A stretch of 62,849 bases of DNA, filler included. It is 13 parts of 13 records of this genome, joined end to end, with 100 filler letters (N's around TTAATTAATTAA, not from the genome) between each part and the next. Parts side by side here need not be neighbours in the genome. Positions count along the whole stretch, not along the records: positions 8,487 to 16,700 come from SRR7504441_12153; positions 16,801 to 20,045 come from SRR7504441_12167; positions 20,146 to 26,497 come from SRR7504441_12184; 10 more parts are not named here. One strand, written 5' to 3'. Shown in pieces: positions 11,133-22,900 of the stretch; position 1 is the stretch's first letter; every line of letters starts with the position of its first letter. The position numbers and the translations under genes were made by a program. The notes beneath the pieces were generated by a model, which had not been told where the DNA came from, searched no databases, and saw nothing but the letters and a program-made list of their open reading frames with translations.

Positions 11133-14100
11133 ATGGCAGCCACAGGGAGCTGGCTGGCGGGTGCGGTGCTCCTGCACGCGGTGGCGTCGTGCTGGGCGGT
11201 CGAGCTGGCCGAGCTGGGGCCCGGCGACCCGATCCTGCTGCTCGACCTGCCGCCCGCCGTTCCAATCGTCCCCCCGGCGGCGCGCGCAAACCCCGGGCTG
11301 ACCGACCAGAGCTTTGAGCGCGAGGTGATCGGATCGGCCGAGCCGTGGCTGGTCATGTTCGGGGCCCCCTGGTGCGGGCACTGCAAGCGGCTGGCCCCGG
11401 CCTGGGCGCGGGCGGCGGAGGAGCTGGAGGGTGAGGTGCGGCTGGGCAAGATCGACGCCTCGACCCAGAAGAAAGTTGCCCGCCTGTACAAGGTCCAGGG
11501 CTTCCCGACCATCAAGTACTTTGGCCCGGGCAAGAAGCAAAGCCCGGAAGACTACACCGGTCCCCGGACCGCCGCCGACCTGGTGGCTTTCTGCCGGGGC
11601 AAACGTCCTAGCCCGGCTCATCGGCTCGAGGCGGCAAGGTTTGTAACGCCGTACGGAGTCGGGATGCGTCGCTACGTCGACCTCACCGGGATTGCCGGCC
11701 AGATCGATCGGCTGCAGATCTCGATCGACACATGGTCCGTTGGCCCGTGCGGCAGGCTGATCCGTGCGGCAGGGCGCCAGGCTCGCCTTCAGTCCAGCTG
11801 ATCTATCATGCCAACGAGAGCTGCGCGGTGGTATCCAAGTGCGACTCGGCCCAGACGCCGGCTGATCCTGGGGGCAGACCGGTTGGGGACGGCTGGCGGG
11901 TATCGGCGTCGCTGGTTCTGCGCGATGTGGAAGGGTGTGACGTGAACAGGCTAGTTTCCATCCCGTTGACTGACGGTATGGAGAATTTCCCAATCGGGGG
12001 GAGCGGTGCGGTGCCGGCCCGGCTGCGCGGCACTCGTCTGGAGCTGAAGCAGCCCGGTCAGTTTGACGATTACACAGCGTGCAATGGTACGGTTGTGCAG
12101 CTGCAGGAGAAAATGGGCTGGCAGCACGCGAGGGAGCGGCAGCAGGAGAAGCCGGAGCTCACTCCAGAGCAGCTGGCCGGCTCCGGGCAGTACGACCGGC
12201 TTGTCGGGCTGAGCCGAGTCAAAGTGCTTTCTGTGGACAGCAAGTCCTGGGAAGTTGAGCTGGGAGATCTGACTGCTCCGATTGAGCCTAGTTCAGTGTT
12301 GTTCATCCGACCTCTCACCAACCGGTCCGGGTTCAGCTGTGGCGAGCGGACATTCCCCGGCCCGATGCTCCAACGGCTCGGCAAGATCAAGAGCGTGACG
12401 ATGGCCGCAAACCAGTCTCAATGTTCCGCTCAGCTCGACGTGGATCCAGTCAATGCAACAATGCCTTGCGTGGCCGGGCATGGCTGGGCGGGGTATGTTG
12501 CTCGCTCCGAGGCCAAGCTGCGGCAGCTCGGGCAGTACTCGCCCCGCAACCCGACGTGCACAGAAGTCTCAGCCGCGCTGAACAGCTCCGCGCTCATTGT
12601 GAAGAGCGAGTCGCTGCCATCTGGGAACGTAACAGTGCTCGGGCGTAACCGCTCGGGCCTGGTTCTAGACCGACCGCTCGATCTGGCACTGGCGCTGGGA
12701 GAGAGTGCGGAGCTCGAGGTCACGATGACCGGCCATGGGCAGTTTGGAAAGCTGCAGTGTGCGGAATTCTGTGAAGTGAGACTCACTGTGCAGCTGGACG
12801 GCCGCGAGCTTGGCAAGGTGAAGATCCCGCCGCGCGACTGCGCCCAGAACCCCCTGAAGCACCAGCGCGGCTGCTGGGAAGGCCCGCGAGCGCAGTGGTG
12901 CCCTGGGAGCGTGGTGCTGCCGTCCGCTAAATTTGACATCAGCGCCGCGCTGCGTTATGGGAGGACAAATCACCGAGTCCGAGTACTGGCTGCAGTCCGG
13001 GAGATGGGCAGCGACCAGCCGTTCGAGCCGTACAGCGACACGAGCGGGTTCGTGTTCGGGTCCAACTCTGTGACTGGAGAGGCGGCCGCTGCTCACCTGA
13101 GGCTCTCGGTGGCAGTCCATGTATCGGCCCGAGCTACAACGCCTGGCAAATGTGACGCAAAAGACCGCTGGTCTCGGGTTCCGGACCTAGCGTTGGTCCG
13201 GTTTGTGGCGCCCGAGCTGCCTGGAATCCTGGAGCGGACCACTCCACTGCTCGAGCATCAGGCGCGGCGGCACCGGCATCTCGGGATGCAGCTACCTCTG
13301 ATCAGCAACGCGACTGCCAACAAGACCCAGCGCACGCTAGTCTCTCGCCGCCTGACCCGGGCGGAGCGCACGGCCATACAGAGCTGGCGGGCGCGAGGCA
13401 AACAAGTGGGGCTGCTACTGGAACTGGGTGCACCTGACGGAGGCGCCGCTGACAGCTGGGACCGGCTTGGGAGTGTTTCACTGGTCGAGCCCGCTTCGAC
13501 TCCAAGGCGGCTGCCTTCGGGGCCCGTGCTAGTTGGCTACGCCAATTGGGGCCAGTGCGATCACAAGATTCGGACCGCGGTCGAGCACGGGGTGAACGTG
13601 GTGGTCTGGTTTTCTATCAATCTATCAGTGAACACAACCACCGGTCGGCCTGGCATCTCCGGGCCCGCCTCGTCCGACACTTTCCTCAAATGCGTCGCCG
13701 AGCAGGCTGAGCGGATGCCAGGCGAGATAGTCCACTTGGTCTCAATCGGCGGCTGGAACTCGCCGCATCCGGACGTCAAATTTGGGGCACACGTCTGGTG
13801 GCAGACATGGAAGACGTGGAACCGGAGGGCTGTCACTGGCGGGTGGCGAGGATTCGATGGAGTTGACTGGGATGTTGAAGGCAACGACGACAAAGAGAGC
13901 GCGTTCAACCGATTCAGCACGGCCACTCTTGATCTGATGGGGCGGCTCTCGCAGCTTGCCAAGGCGGACGGCTATCTTGTGGCCATGGCCCCGGCCCAGT
14001 CTTACCTTGACCCGAGCACCAGCCAGTTCAGTAGGTCTGTGGCCAACCCTCCCAGGAGCCCGTGGCAGCACCAGTTCCGTCACGCTGGCCGGAACCTATA

Positions 14101-14929
14101 CGGCTACCTGCTGGCCAAGTTCGGGCTAGAATCGTTCGACCTGGTGATGGTGCAGCTGTACGAGGGATGGTCTGGGCTTAATTACAACATCTCGAAGACC
14201 AACCAATCAGCTGCGGACTATCTGGCTCGGTGGGCCGACCACATGTACGCCGGCTGGGAGGTGGACTTTGGCACTGACCCTGACTTGGACGTGGCTGCGC
14301 TGGGTAAGGTGCGGCTGGAGGTGCCGAGCAGCAAGCTGGTGGTTGGGCTCGCGAATGGGTGGGCTCGCCCTGCTGGGGACAAAGAGCACAAGTTTTTGAT
14401 GGTCTGGCCTGAGCAGCTGGCCAAGGCCTACTCTGAGCTGGCCAAGGCTAGGAAGCAAATGCGCGGCTTCATGTTCTGGAACATTGGTGATGAAGGCCTT
14501 GCGGTGATGAAAGATGGCAATCGAACCGAGGTTTGGATGGCCAAAGGGCTGAACGCAATTCTGTCGAGGGATCCGGTCCGGGCCAAGAGGGAGTCGAGGC
14601 TTGTAGGGGCGCCCGGTGAGGTGGCTCTGAATGACAAGGGGATGCTGGCGGCCTTGGACGCGGGGATGGCACTGCTGAATGCTCGGAGCGATTCGCTGCT
14701 CCAACGGGGGAGCCCCACCAAGGCGACGAGACAGGTGGTGGCCGGACTCAAGTATACAATCAGCGTGCCGGTGGGGCCCTCGAGCTGTGACAAGGCAACG
14801 GCTAGCGAGAATGGACTCGATGAGTGCAGCTTGTTGGCCGGAAAGGCCCAGGAGCGCGAGCTGGTGGTGTTAGACCAAGCCTGGATGAAGCCTCGTTACA
14901 CAATATTAGAGCAAGCAACACAATATTAG
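11133..14929 (+). CDS. Secreted multidomain protein: PDI-type thioredoxin + unknown region + GH18 chitinase-like domain + cystatin-like domain; one intron at 11735-11772
   Basis: Signal peptide; FGAPWCGHCK; SIGGWN...FDGVDWDVEG (DxxDxDxE); QVVAG...AW at the C-terminus. A 38-nt GT-AG intron joins the two ORFs in frame. Confidence 0.75.
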
Positions 14930-15079
14930 AGCAAGCGACATAGTTAGAATGACTTAGAATGTAGACTTAGTTGAATACAATCATACTATCAATGATAGAC
15001 TTACGAGTACCTACCGAAGACTTAGTATCGCAATGGATTCCTAGAAGAATCTGGCTCTATGTTTTAGTATACCGTACTT

Positions 15080-15141
15080 ATCTATACTAGAGTACTCTAC
15101 CAGTGGTTAACCAATCTATACTAGAGTACTCTACCAGTGGT
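15080..15141. repeat. 28-bp direct repeat (15080-15107, 15114-15141) containing the palindrome TAGAGTACTCTA
   Basis: ATCTATACTAGAGTACTCTACCAGTGGT occurs twice. Confidence 0.9.
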
Positions 15142-15339
15142 AGCCAGTGGGAACCAGTATAGTACGAGTGCTTACTCATCTTTGCTAGGATGTCGACGCT
15201 TTTACAGGACTATCACTGGCTTGCCGGCTGGTCAGACACCGTGCCGCAGGAGCCGAGTTCGTTGGGAAAGCCCCAGAGGTACTGGCTACCGACTGGCCGT
15301 CTAACTGCAAACGAGCGGCCGGCGAAGCCAGCCGAAAAC

Positions 15340-15693
15340 TCATTCCTCGCCCTCCTCGTCGCCCTCATCCTCATCCTCCTCCTCGCCCTCATCCTCCTCG
15401 CCCTCATCCTCCTCCTCGCGGGCGGCGAACCTGGCTCTGAGCTCTTCGATCGGCATCTCGGCCAGATCCTCCAGCTCCTTGAGCTCGTCGTCGTCCTCCT
15501 GGTCCTCATCGGCCTCGATAAGACTCTCATCGTCCTGCTCGCCCGCGTCCTCGAAGTCCGCGTCGGCATCCAGGCTCTTGGGCCGCTTGCCCTCGGGTCC
15601 GGCCCCAGCCTCCTCCTCGCGAGCTCGCTTCCCCTCCTCCGGCACAGCCTCCGCAGCAGCCTCCATCGCAGGTGCCTCCTCGGGCGTGGCCAT
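15340..15693 (-). CDS. Small, highly acidic, probably nuclear protein
   Basis: 117 aa, D/E-rich, bipartite NLS-like KR...KRPK, motif ELKELEDLAEMPIEELRARF. Confidence 0.7.
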   Translation of the reverse strand: MATPEEAPAMEAAAEAVPEEGKRAREEEAGAGPEGKRPKSLDADADFEDAGEQDDESLIEADEDQEDDDELKELEDLAEMPIEELRARFAAREEEDEGEEDEGEEEDEDEGDEEGEE

Positions 15694-15725
15694 GGCTGCC
15701 GGGCGTTCCGTTACGAAGCTGTCAC
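15694..15725. promoter_or_regulatory. 32-bp divergent intergenic region containing CCGTTAC
   Basis: The same heptamer lies at 2529, 4499, 15708 and 60928, each between divergent start codons. Confidence 0.55.
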
Positions 15726-16700
15726 ATGGCTGCGCCGGGCGAGGAGATCGAAACCGAGGAGGGCGACGGGCCGGCGGTGCTGCCATGCGAGCACCCGCTC
15801 TCGGTCCAGTGGTCACTCCACCGGACCTTCCAGGCCTACCAAGCCTCACAGAGCCCCGGGGAGCGCACCGAGCTCCTGGTTCAGTTCTTGGATGAACACC
15901 CATTTGTCAAGAGTCAGACCGCCGCGCTCGAGAGGCCGGACCATCGGTTCAGGCTCACCCGGTACCAGCTGGACGTCCGCGGCTTCCAGAAATGGCTGCA
16001 GCGCGACCCGAAAGGCCGAACGCTCAAGAAGCGGGCCGGCGGAGTGAGCGACGACGGGCTTTATACCGTGTCCCCAATGCTGCGCGAGCTGCTCCCCCGG
16101 GGGCTGCACCTGGTCGAGGCCGAGCCGCGGGGCGACGGGCAGGGCGGGCGGATCTGGTTTCGAGGGATTTACAAATTCACCGGGCTGCTCGCCGGGGATG
16201 AAGACGAGCAGAGCAACTCGCATCAGACCAACTTCTTTTACGGCGGGAGCAGCATCGGGCAGGCGGCCGAGCTGGTGGTCACGCGCAAGTCGAACGGCGA
16301 GAACGCCAAGATGAGCATGACCGAGTCGGGTGGCGTGCGGTACCTCCTGGCTGGGTCTAAGAACACTTGTCTGATCTGGCCGGCCGACCACCGGTCGGAC
16401 CAGTATTACAACACCAGCCGGGAGCCCGATCAGCCCGGGAGCGACGTGGGCTGCTGGGTGGCTGCGCTGTTCTCCGAGTGGTACCTCGCGAAGAGCCCTC
16501 CAGAGCGGGATTGCTTGTTTGATGAATTTAGAGAGCGGCGGCTGAGCACAATCATGGCCGAGATCAACCGGCCGTGGGCCGAGCACCTGGTCCCGATCCG
16601 GACGCTTTACATGGAGGCCTACTCGCTGCTCGGGCCGGACGGCCGGTCTGTCGAGCCTGCGGCCGCTTTTGATTTCTTCTCGAGGCATGGGATACCACCA
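15726..16700 (+). CDS. ATP-dependent RNA ligase-like nucleotidyltransferase (Trl1/T4 Rnl1-like); 3' truncated
   Basis: RGIYKF, motif I TRKSNG, GSKN and TIMAEI...EHLV in the expected order. Confidence 0.6.
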
Positions 16701-16819
16701 NNNNNNNNNNNNNNNNNNNNNNNNNNNNNNNNNNNNNNNNNNNNTTAATTAATTAANNNNNNNNNNNNNNNNNNNNNNNNNNNNNNNNNNNNNNNNNNNN
16801 TAGAGCTCTATAATGTCTG

Positions 16820-18549
16820 CTAGCAGTTCGTCCACTCGTCATCTAGGCTAATCGTTGGGCCATCTCTTATTAGCGCAGCAAACCGAGTGACATTACTGCT
16901 GTAGGTGCACACTAGTACCACCGCTCGAGCCATCAAATCAAGCTCAGCCATCAATTGAATCGTGGCCGCCATCCGAGCCTGGCCGCCAACTCAGCAATTA
17001 AACTAACTCGGCGAATAGCCTGGCCGGGCATCTGATTAAACAATTGCTGCTCGTGCCCGCCATGACTAGGGTCCTGGCCCGGGTGCCGACTCTGTCGACT
17101 CAAATCAGCACTTGCCAGCTTGAGGCTACCCACAGGGTTGGCGTTCATCACTCTCCACTGCTTGCCCTGCAATCTGGCTTCAGCTTCAATCCCAGCGGCA
17201 GAACCCGGATCATCCGAGCAGACCACCTGCCCGGCTCTCAGCACCGCATTGGCTTGCCCAATAGGACCACACTCTCCCAGGAGCCGGCGTTGTCGATCAG
17301 AGCCTGCACGTACGCTTTGTATGGTTGGAGCACTGCCTCTCGAGGGCCTTCCCCGTGAACTTTGTCCCCTCTCCGGACATGGACCTGCCCAGCCTGTGGC
17401 CAGCCCTTGGTTTGCAGAGAAACCGCGGCGTATGGACCGGCCGGCGCACCGAGCGTTTTGAGCACCTGAGTCACCTGTGCAACGCTTCCACCCTCGACAA
17501 AACCCCACTTGCACCTGGGCCATCACTGTGCTACTTCGCTTAGACCAGAGCTCGGCACGGGTAAACTCGCGCTTTTGGGCGAGTGAGATCTGCCGGGGCC
17601 TGGTCAGTTGGCCCGAATGTACTGAACGGACATTGTGCCGTCGCATCATGAACCACGGCGAGGTTGCGATCCCCTTGGCCCGCCACAGGTGCATCGGCCG
17701 AGCGGAGTTGTGAGGCTCGTCGCCGACCAAAAGGAACGGCGAGTGCTCAAAGAAGCAGCGCCACTGGCCGCCTGCATTCCAGCAGCTGTCCTCGATCACG
17801 AGTGGCAGGCTGCCAGCGTCTCAAAGCACAGCCACAGCCGGCTCACCTGTGTGCCCGGCAGAACATGGCGCAACTGATCAGATTGTTCACTTCTGAGCCA
17901 AACCCCCGGCCGCCCAGATGGAAGTTCAGGCACCTACCTCGGCCCTGCTCGTCCGCACAGGGCGGGGGGCTCACGAGAATTGGTTGGGCTGGAGCTGCAG
18001 CTTCATGTTGTCCAATTCGAACTGCTCGGCCACCCCATCGGGCAACGGCTGGCCCTGGTTGAGCAGCAGCGCCAGCTCGATCATGAACGAATCCCCGGGG
18101 ATGCGCCCTCCGCGCAACAGGCTGCCCCGGCCGCTGGAGCGTCCGCCCGGCAGGCGGGCGCACTGGTGCAGCGCTGATACCCCGCGGGCGCCGTCCTGCC
18201 AGCTGTCCTCCCCCTCGGACGGATCTACTGCAGCTGCCTCCTCCGGCCCACTGTGCTGCTCGGCGGCCAGCGCCTCCTCGGGCGTAGGCGGGTGCCACAG
18301 GCTGGTCCCGCTGGCCTCATGCCAATAGAAGGGCTGCGGGCCCTCGGAGGTGCAGCGCTCCCACCCCGACGGCAGGCAGCTCTGTGCGTGTCGGCGCCGG
18401 CCAAGGGGCGTCTCGAACTCTGCGCTGCACCACTGGCACCTCACTGTGCCGCCGGTGCTGGTCATCCAGTGCACACAGGTGCGCTGCCCAACTTTTGTTG
18501 CGGTCGTGTTGGGATCGAAGAACGGGGTGGTTTGGGGCTCGTTGGCCAT
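16820..18549 (-). CDS. GT23/FUT8-NodZ-like fucosyltransferase with N-terminal C2H2-like finger and WW domain; multi-exon
   Basis: GFGSE, VHVRRGDK, VCSDD, CTYSSNV and SLDDEW motifs; CQWC...H and LPSGWE...FYWH...SLWHPP. Confidence 0.7.
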
Positions 18550-18820
18550 GGGCTGACCAGTGCTATATGTGGTTTCAAGCGTGCATGCGTGCATGAGTGT
18601 ACGTATACGACGTAATGCGGCCAGAGCGAGGTGATCCGCCTGGTCGGGGCGGCGACCGGGCGGGCGGCTGAGCGCGGCGATCTCCGCGAGTCTCGAGCAT
18701 GCTTGCGTGCTTGCTTTAGAATTTATTAGGATCTTTAATCAACCCTTGTCACATTATGTCACATTCATCACAATAATTGTCATGTTGTACAAAGTGTATT
18801 GCAAATCACGAACACCTTTC

Positions 18821-19978
18821 TTATGCCATCCAAGATGGGGTCACAACAGCAACCGAAACATAGCGATACTCCTCGAGCGACGAGTTGGACCGCTCGAACA
18901 CGACTGCGATCTTACCATCAGGCAGCTCGACAAGGTCACTATACGCTGCGCGGTCCTTGTATATAAGCCCCCACGGCTCGATCACCCAACTTGCGCCTCC
19001 ATCAGATGAGCTGGCGACAGTCATGTTTCGCCGGTACGCACAAGAGCCCTGCGTGTGCGGGCCACACTGAGGCCGCTGGCCGGAGGAGTCGCCGTGGAGG
19101 GTTGCGGTTGGCTTTGAGAGTAGCAGCTTGCTCTTGTTGTGCGCTGAGGTCAGCCCGTGCTCCACATTGTAGCCGGGACCAAAGTTTACATCAAACGGCT
19201 GGTCAGCAGGGAATGACCACGATTTAGCCCAGCTTCGGCCACCATCGTGCGAGATGGAGAAGCCGCGCTGGATGGGCAGCCAGTGCCAGCCGGGCTGCCG
19301 GAGCGCTGAGAGCCGGCTGGTCAGCACCACTGAGCCATTGGAGAGCTCTGCAACCATGCTTTCACCCCAGCCCTGCTTGCTGGGCAGTGCCGGGGTGAAA
19401 TTTCCCGGGCGCCAGGAGCCTCCGCCGTCGTGCGAGATGATCACGTAGCTGCCCACTCCGTGTCCAAACGGCGAGATCAGCGCCCCCGAGGACAGAGCGA
19501 TCCCGCCGCAGCCTTCTCCGGAGCCTCCGCCTGTGTGGTTCTGGTGGCAGCCCGCTGGCTCGGAGGGCGACCAGCTGCCACCCTCGTCTGTAGACTTGCT
19601 CATGCAGCTATACGGGAGCGGGCAGCTCGCCGAAGCGGTGCAGCTACCCCCATACGCGGGGGGCGGGCTCAGACTGATAATCGCGTTGCCCGCTGGATCG
19701 TAGATGAACTGGGCCAGGTCCCCGGCCCCGAGGTGCGGCTGCCGCACGGCCGGCTCCCACGAGACTCCCCAGTCGGCGCTTCTCCGGAGCCAGATAGACC
19801 GGTTGAGAACACCAGCGCCGCCGCCGCAGATCCCCCAGACCAGCAGCGAGCGGTCGGTCCGGACCAGCTGGGCGCCGCTGCACTTTTGGGCGTCGCCGCC
19901 CGGCTGCCCGAACAGGTCTATATACGGCGCGTAGGCCGCGCTGGACGCAACCAGCAGTAGATCTAGGGCGATCCGCAT
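18821..19978 (-). CDS. Secreted BNR/Asp-box beta-propeller (GH33 sialidase-like); intronless
   Basis: Five SxDxGxSW Asp-boxes, WGE, AAYSDL, signal peptide. Confidence 0.8.
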   Translation of the reverse strand: MRIALDLLLVASSAAYAPYIDLFGQPGGDAQKCSGAQLVRTDRSLLVWGICGGGAGVLNRSIWLRRSADWGVSWEPAVRQPHLGAGDLAQFIYDPAGNAIISLSPPPAYGGSCTASASCPLPYSCMSKSTDEGGSWSPSEPAGCHQNHTGGGSGEGCGGIALSSGALISPFGHGVGSYVIISHDGGGSWRPGNFTPALPSKQGWGESMVAELSNGSVVLTSRLSALRQPGWHWLPIQRGFSISHDGGRSWAKSWSFPADQPFDVNFGPGYNVEHGLTSAHNKSKLLLSKPTATLHGDSSGQRPQCGPHTQGSCAYRRNMTVASSSDGGASWVIEPWGLIYKDRAAYSDLVELPDGKIAVVFERSNSSLEEYRYVSVAVVTPSWMA

Positions 19979-20145
19979 GCTGCAGGCACTTTTGCCGTTA
20001 TTGTGCTTTCCAGCGAAGCTGTCGCGCTCTGTTTTTCCAGCCGGGNNNNNNNNNNNNNNNNNNNNNNNNNNNNNNNNNNNNNNNNNNNNTTAATTAATTA
20101 ANNNNNNNNNNNNNNNNNNNNNNNNNNNNNNNNNNNNNNNNNNNN

Positions 20146-22699
20146 GGTCCAACTCGAGATCGCTTTGGTAGCTGGGGTGTCGGTGGAACCAAAATGTGGT
20201 CCAACCACTGGGGGAACACTTGTGACGGTTACAAGCGCCGATTTCATCAACTCCACTACCGCGGTGTGCAAGTTCGATTGCAGCAGCAGAGTTGACAGCA
20301 GCACATTTACAACACTAGTACCGACCCGTTATATCTCAAGCACCCAGATCAGCTTTGTCACTGCCAACTTCAATGGACCAGCGCATTGCTACGGGTATGT
20401 CGGAACGAGCCCACAGAGCCTTTGGCCTCTCAGCTTCGAGTTTGAATACTACGATCCTCCAAACATTGTAGCCACGCACATTCCCGACAATGGCTGATCT
20501 TGTGTCTGTGGCAGACACGGCTAGACCCGTCGACAGGACCCTCGAGTGGCGGTGTCCCTCCATTGTCACGGGCCTGGCTCAAATTATTGGTCTGGCAGGA
20601 ACCTTGATGACGGTCCATGTAGACTACAACATGGATATGCGGATCCCAGATTGGTGCGGAGTGTCTCCGAGGCAAATGCTCTGTTTAATCCTGCTTAATC
20701 CGTTGGAACAGGTGCCTCTTTGACGGTGTGAGTACCCCCGGAGTGCTCATGACTGACATCGCCCTGCCACCCTTTTATTTCGACCCCGCGAAGTACACTG
20801 GCGGTTCGACGAGTGGCTCCACAGAGGTGACCATGCAGTGCGAAACCCCAGCTTTTATCTTCGATGGAGCACACAAAGTATACAATTTTTCCATATCTAT
20901 GAATCACCAGCAAGAGGCAGAGCCTCGAGACTTTTTGTTCTATGACCCAGCAGTGGCAATCACATCAGTTGTACCACCTCGCGGATCTAGCAGTGGCGAA
21001 GCCACCTCCGTAACATTCACCAGCACTGGCTTCCCGCCGGCAACGGAAGCTGCAGTGTGCCGCTGGGGGTTTGAGACGCAAGATGAAGTTAAGGTAAGCC
21101 TTAGTCAGGCGTTCGCTTGCAATACCCGCCGTTGTAGGTGCCTTACATCACCAAGGCAACCAAACTTGCAGCCCCCCCAGGAGCTTTCACATGCAAGTGG
21201 GTGTGCTTTTGCATTCCGCAATTGATCTACTGGCGGACAGGACTCCCAACTACGTTACATCCCTCAATAGTCCAAGAGTTGACATTCCATTGGACCAACC
21301 ATGGATTATTGCAGGGAAACCCCGCATCCCATGGCAACATCCACCGAAGTCTGGTGCCACAGTATGGCTACAAGTTGCCATGAATGGTGTCGACTTCACA
21401 GACAGTTCCCAACCATTTGAGTTTTATGACGCGAGTGTACTTTTACCTCTGAGCGTGACCCCCAACGACTTTGATCCCTCTGGCAATACGCTCGTCAATA
21501 TAGTTGGCATTACCCCTTCTTTCGACACCGGTGCAGCAGCCGCCTTCACTCCGGAACAGCGGGCCTCTCGTGCTTTTACTTGGGCTCGCTTCAGGTCAGA
21601 CTGTTCTGAATTACAAGACGGGAGCACCTGTGAAAATATCACCATGTTGGCCACGGTCACCCTGACAGGGTTTAAATATCAAACAGACGGGGTTCACAAG
21701 GGGAACACTTTGTGCACAGGGGTAGTCAGGGCCCCTCGTTGGTGCAAAGATCTCTCACATTCAGGGGAATGTACGGCCAGCACAGGCCCGGTCATAATCG
21801 ATATAAGCTTGAACGGTGGCCAGACTTACAGTGATAATATCTTGAAAGGGCTGTACACCCCGATAGCGGAGCCCGTCATGCTCAGGCAAGCCCTGTCGAG
21901 AGTGCATTGCTTTGTGCTGAGCTTGCTGGTGCAGTGTTTACTTCGGGCCTGTGGATGGTTCCACGCTGATTACTGTCCGTGGCCGAGACTTCACGAACAC
22001 TGGAAATACTCGTTGCAAATTCGGGCCAGATGGACATTCCACTGTAGCAAGATTCATAAGCGAGACCGAAATGGGATGTCTCACACCGCCTCAACCGAAG
22101 CCCACTGCCTTAGCAGCCTATTTGACATTTGATGGCCAGCAATGGATAAGACAGCAACACTTTAGGGAGTTCGAATTCGTGGCGACTCCTGTAATTGAGT
22201 ACCTGATGCCTTCAGAAGCTGCCTGGTCGGACCAGCGCAACATTGTAGTGGCTGGTACAAATTTTGTTGAGGATGGATACCAATCGGCTCCAGCTTGCCG
22301 GTGATTCTGAGCTGTCTGTTCGACATGTGCTGACTGTGGACTTGCAGGTTTGGAACATCGATTACTGTCCCCGACCCATCCTCGATCAACGGGACATATA
22401 TGTCATGTCCCACACCAAGGAATAACCAACAGGTCGGAAATGTTCCATTCTCCATAACTTTCAATGGACAAAATTGGCACCGGCTCGAGTCCGGTTTCAC
22501 TTTCACAGCAGAAGCGCCGTGCTATACTTGCGCAAGTAATGTGGCACCCCCGATACACTTCGGGCCGCTGACCAGATTTAAAGGGACTCGAAGACGAAGG
22601 TATACTATCACGGACCAAGCCTCGCAAGTGAGGCTGAGCATCATGCCAATCTTGGTCGCCTTTGCTTTGATCATGCTAGCTGGCCCACAAAATACGTAG
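20146..22699 (+). CDS. IPT/TIG repeat surface protein with C-terminal hydrophobic anchor; 5' truncated, multi-exon
   Basis: Repeated VxPxxGPxxGGTxVTVxGxxF...C.F and ISLNG modules. Confidence 0.75.
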
Positions 22700-22900
22700 G
22701 CACTCAATTATAATATAAGCCGAGGCCCCTTTGCGCTTTCTTCCTTTCACAATGTACATACAAAGCTCTGTAAACAAGACTTTAGTAAATCAATTGCCTA
22801 CAATCGGTTACAATTAGATTATAGATATGAACCGAAAGATTTTTACACCGAACTGCCGGTCATTTGGCGTCATACTAATCTCATACCAAAGGCTCTAATA

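Noticed and set aside
10781-11317. ORF overlapping the start of the thioredoxin-GH18 gene
   Set aside because: A spliced model is possible but has no recognisable domain and overlaps the next gene; not supportable.
11799-11801. In-frame TGA after the thioredoxin domain as selenocysteine, readthrough or an alternative code
   Set aside because: A canonical 38-nt intron upstream shifts the frame. TAA, TAG and TGA all terminate genes normally in this window.
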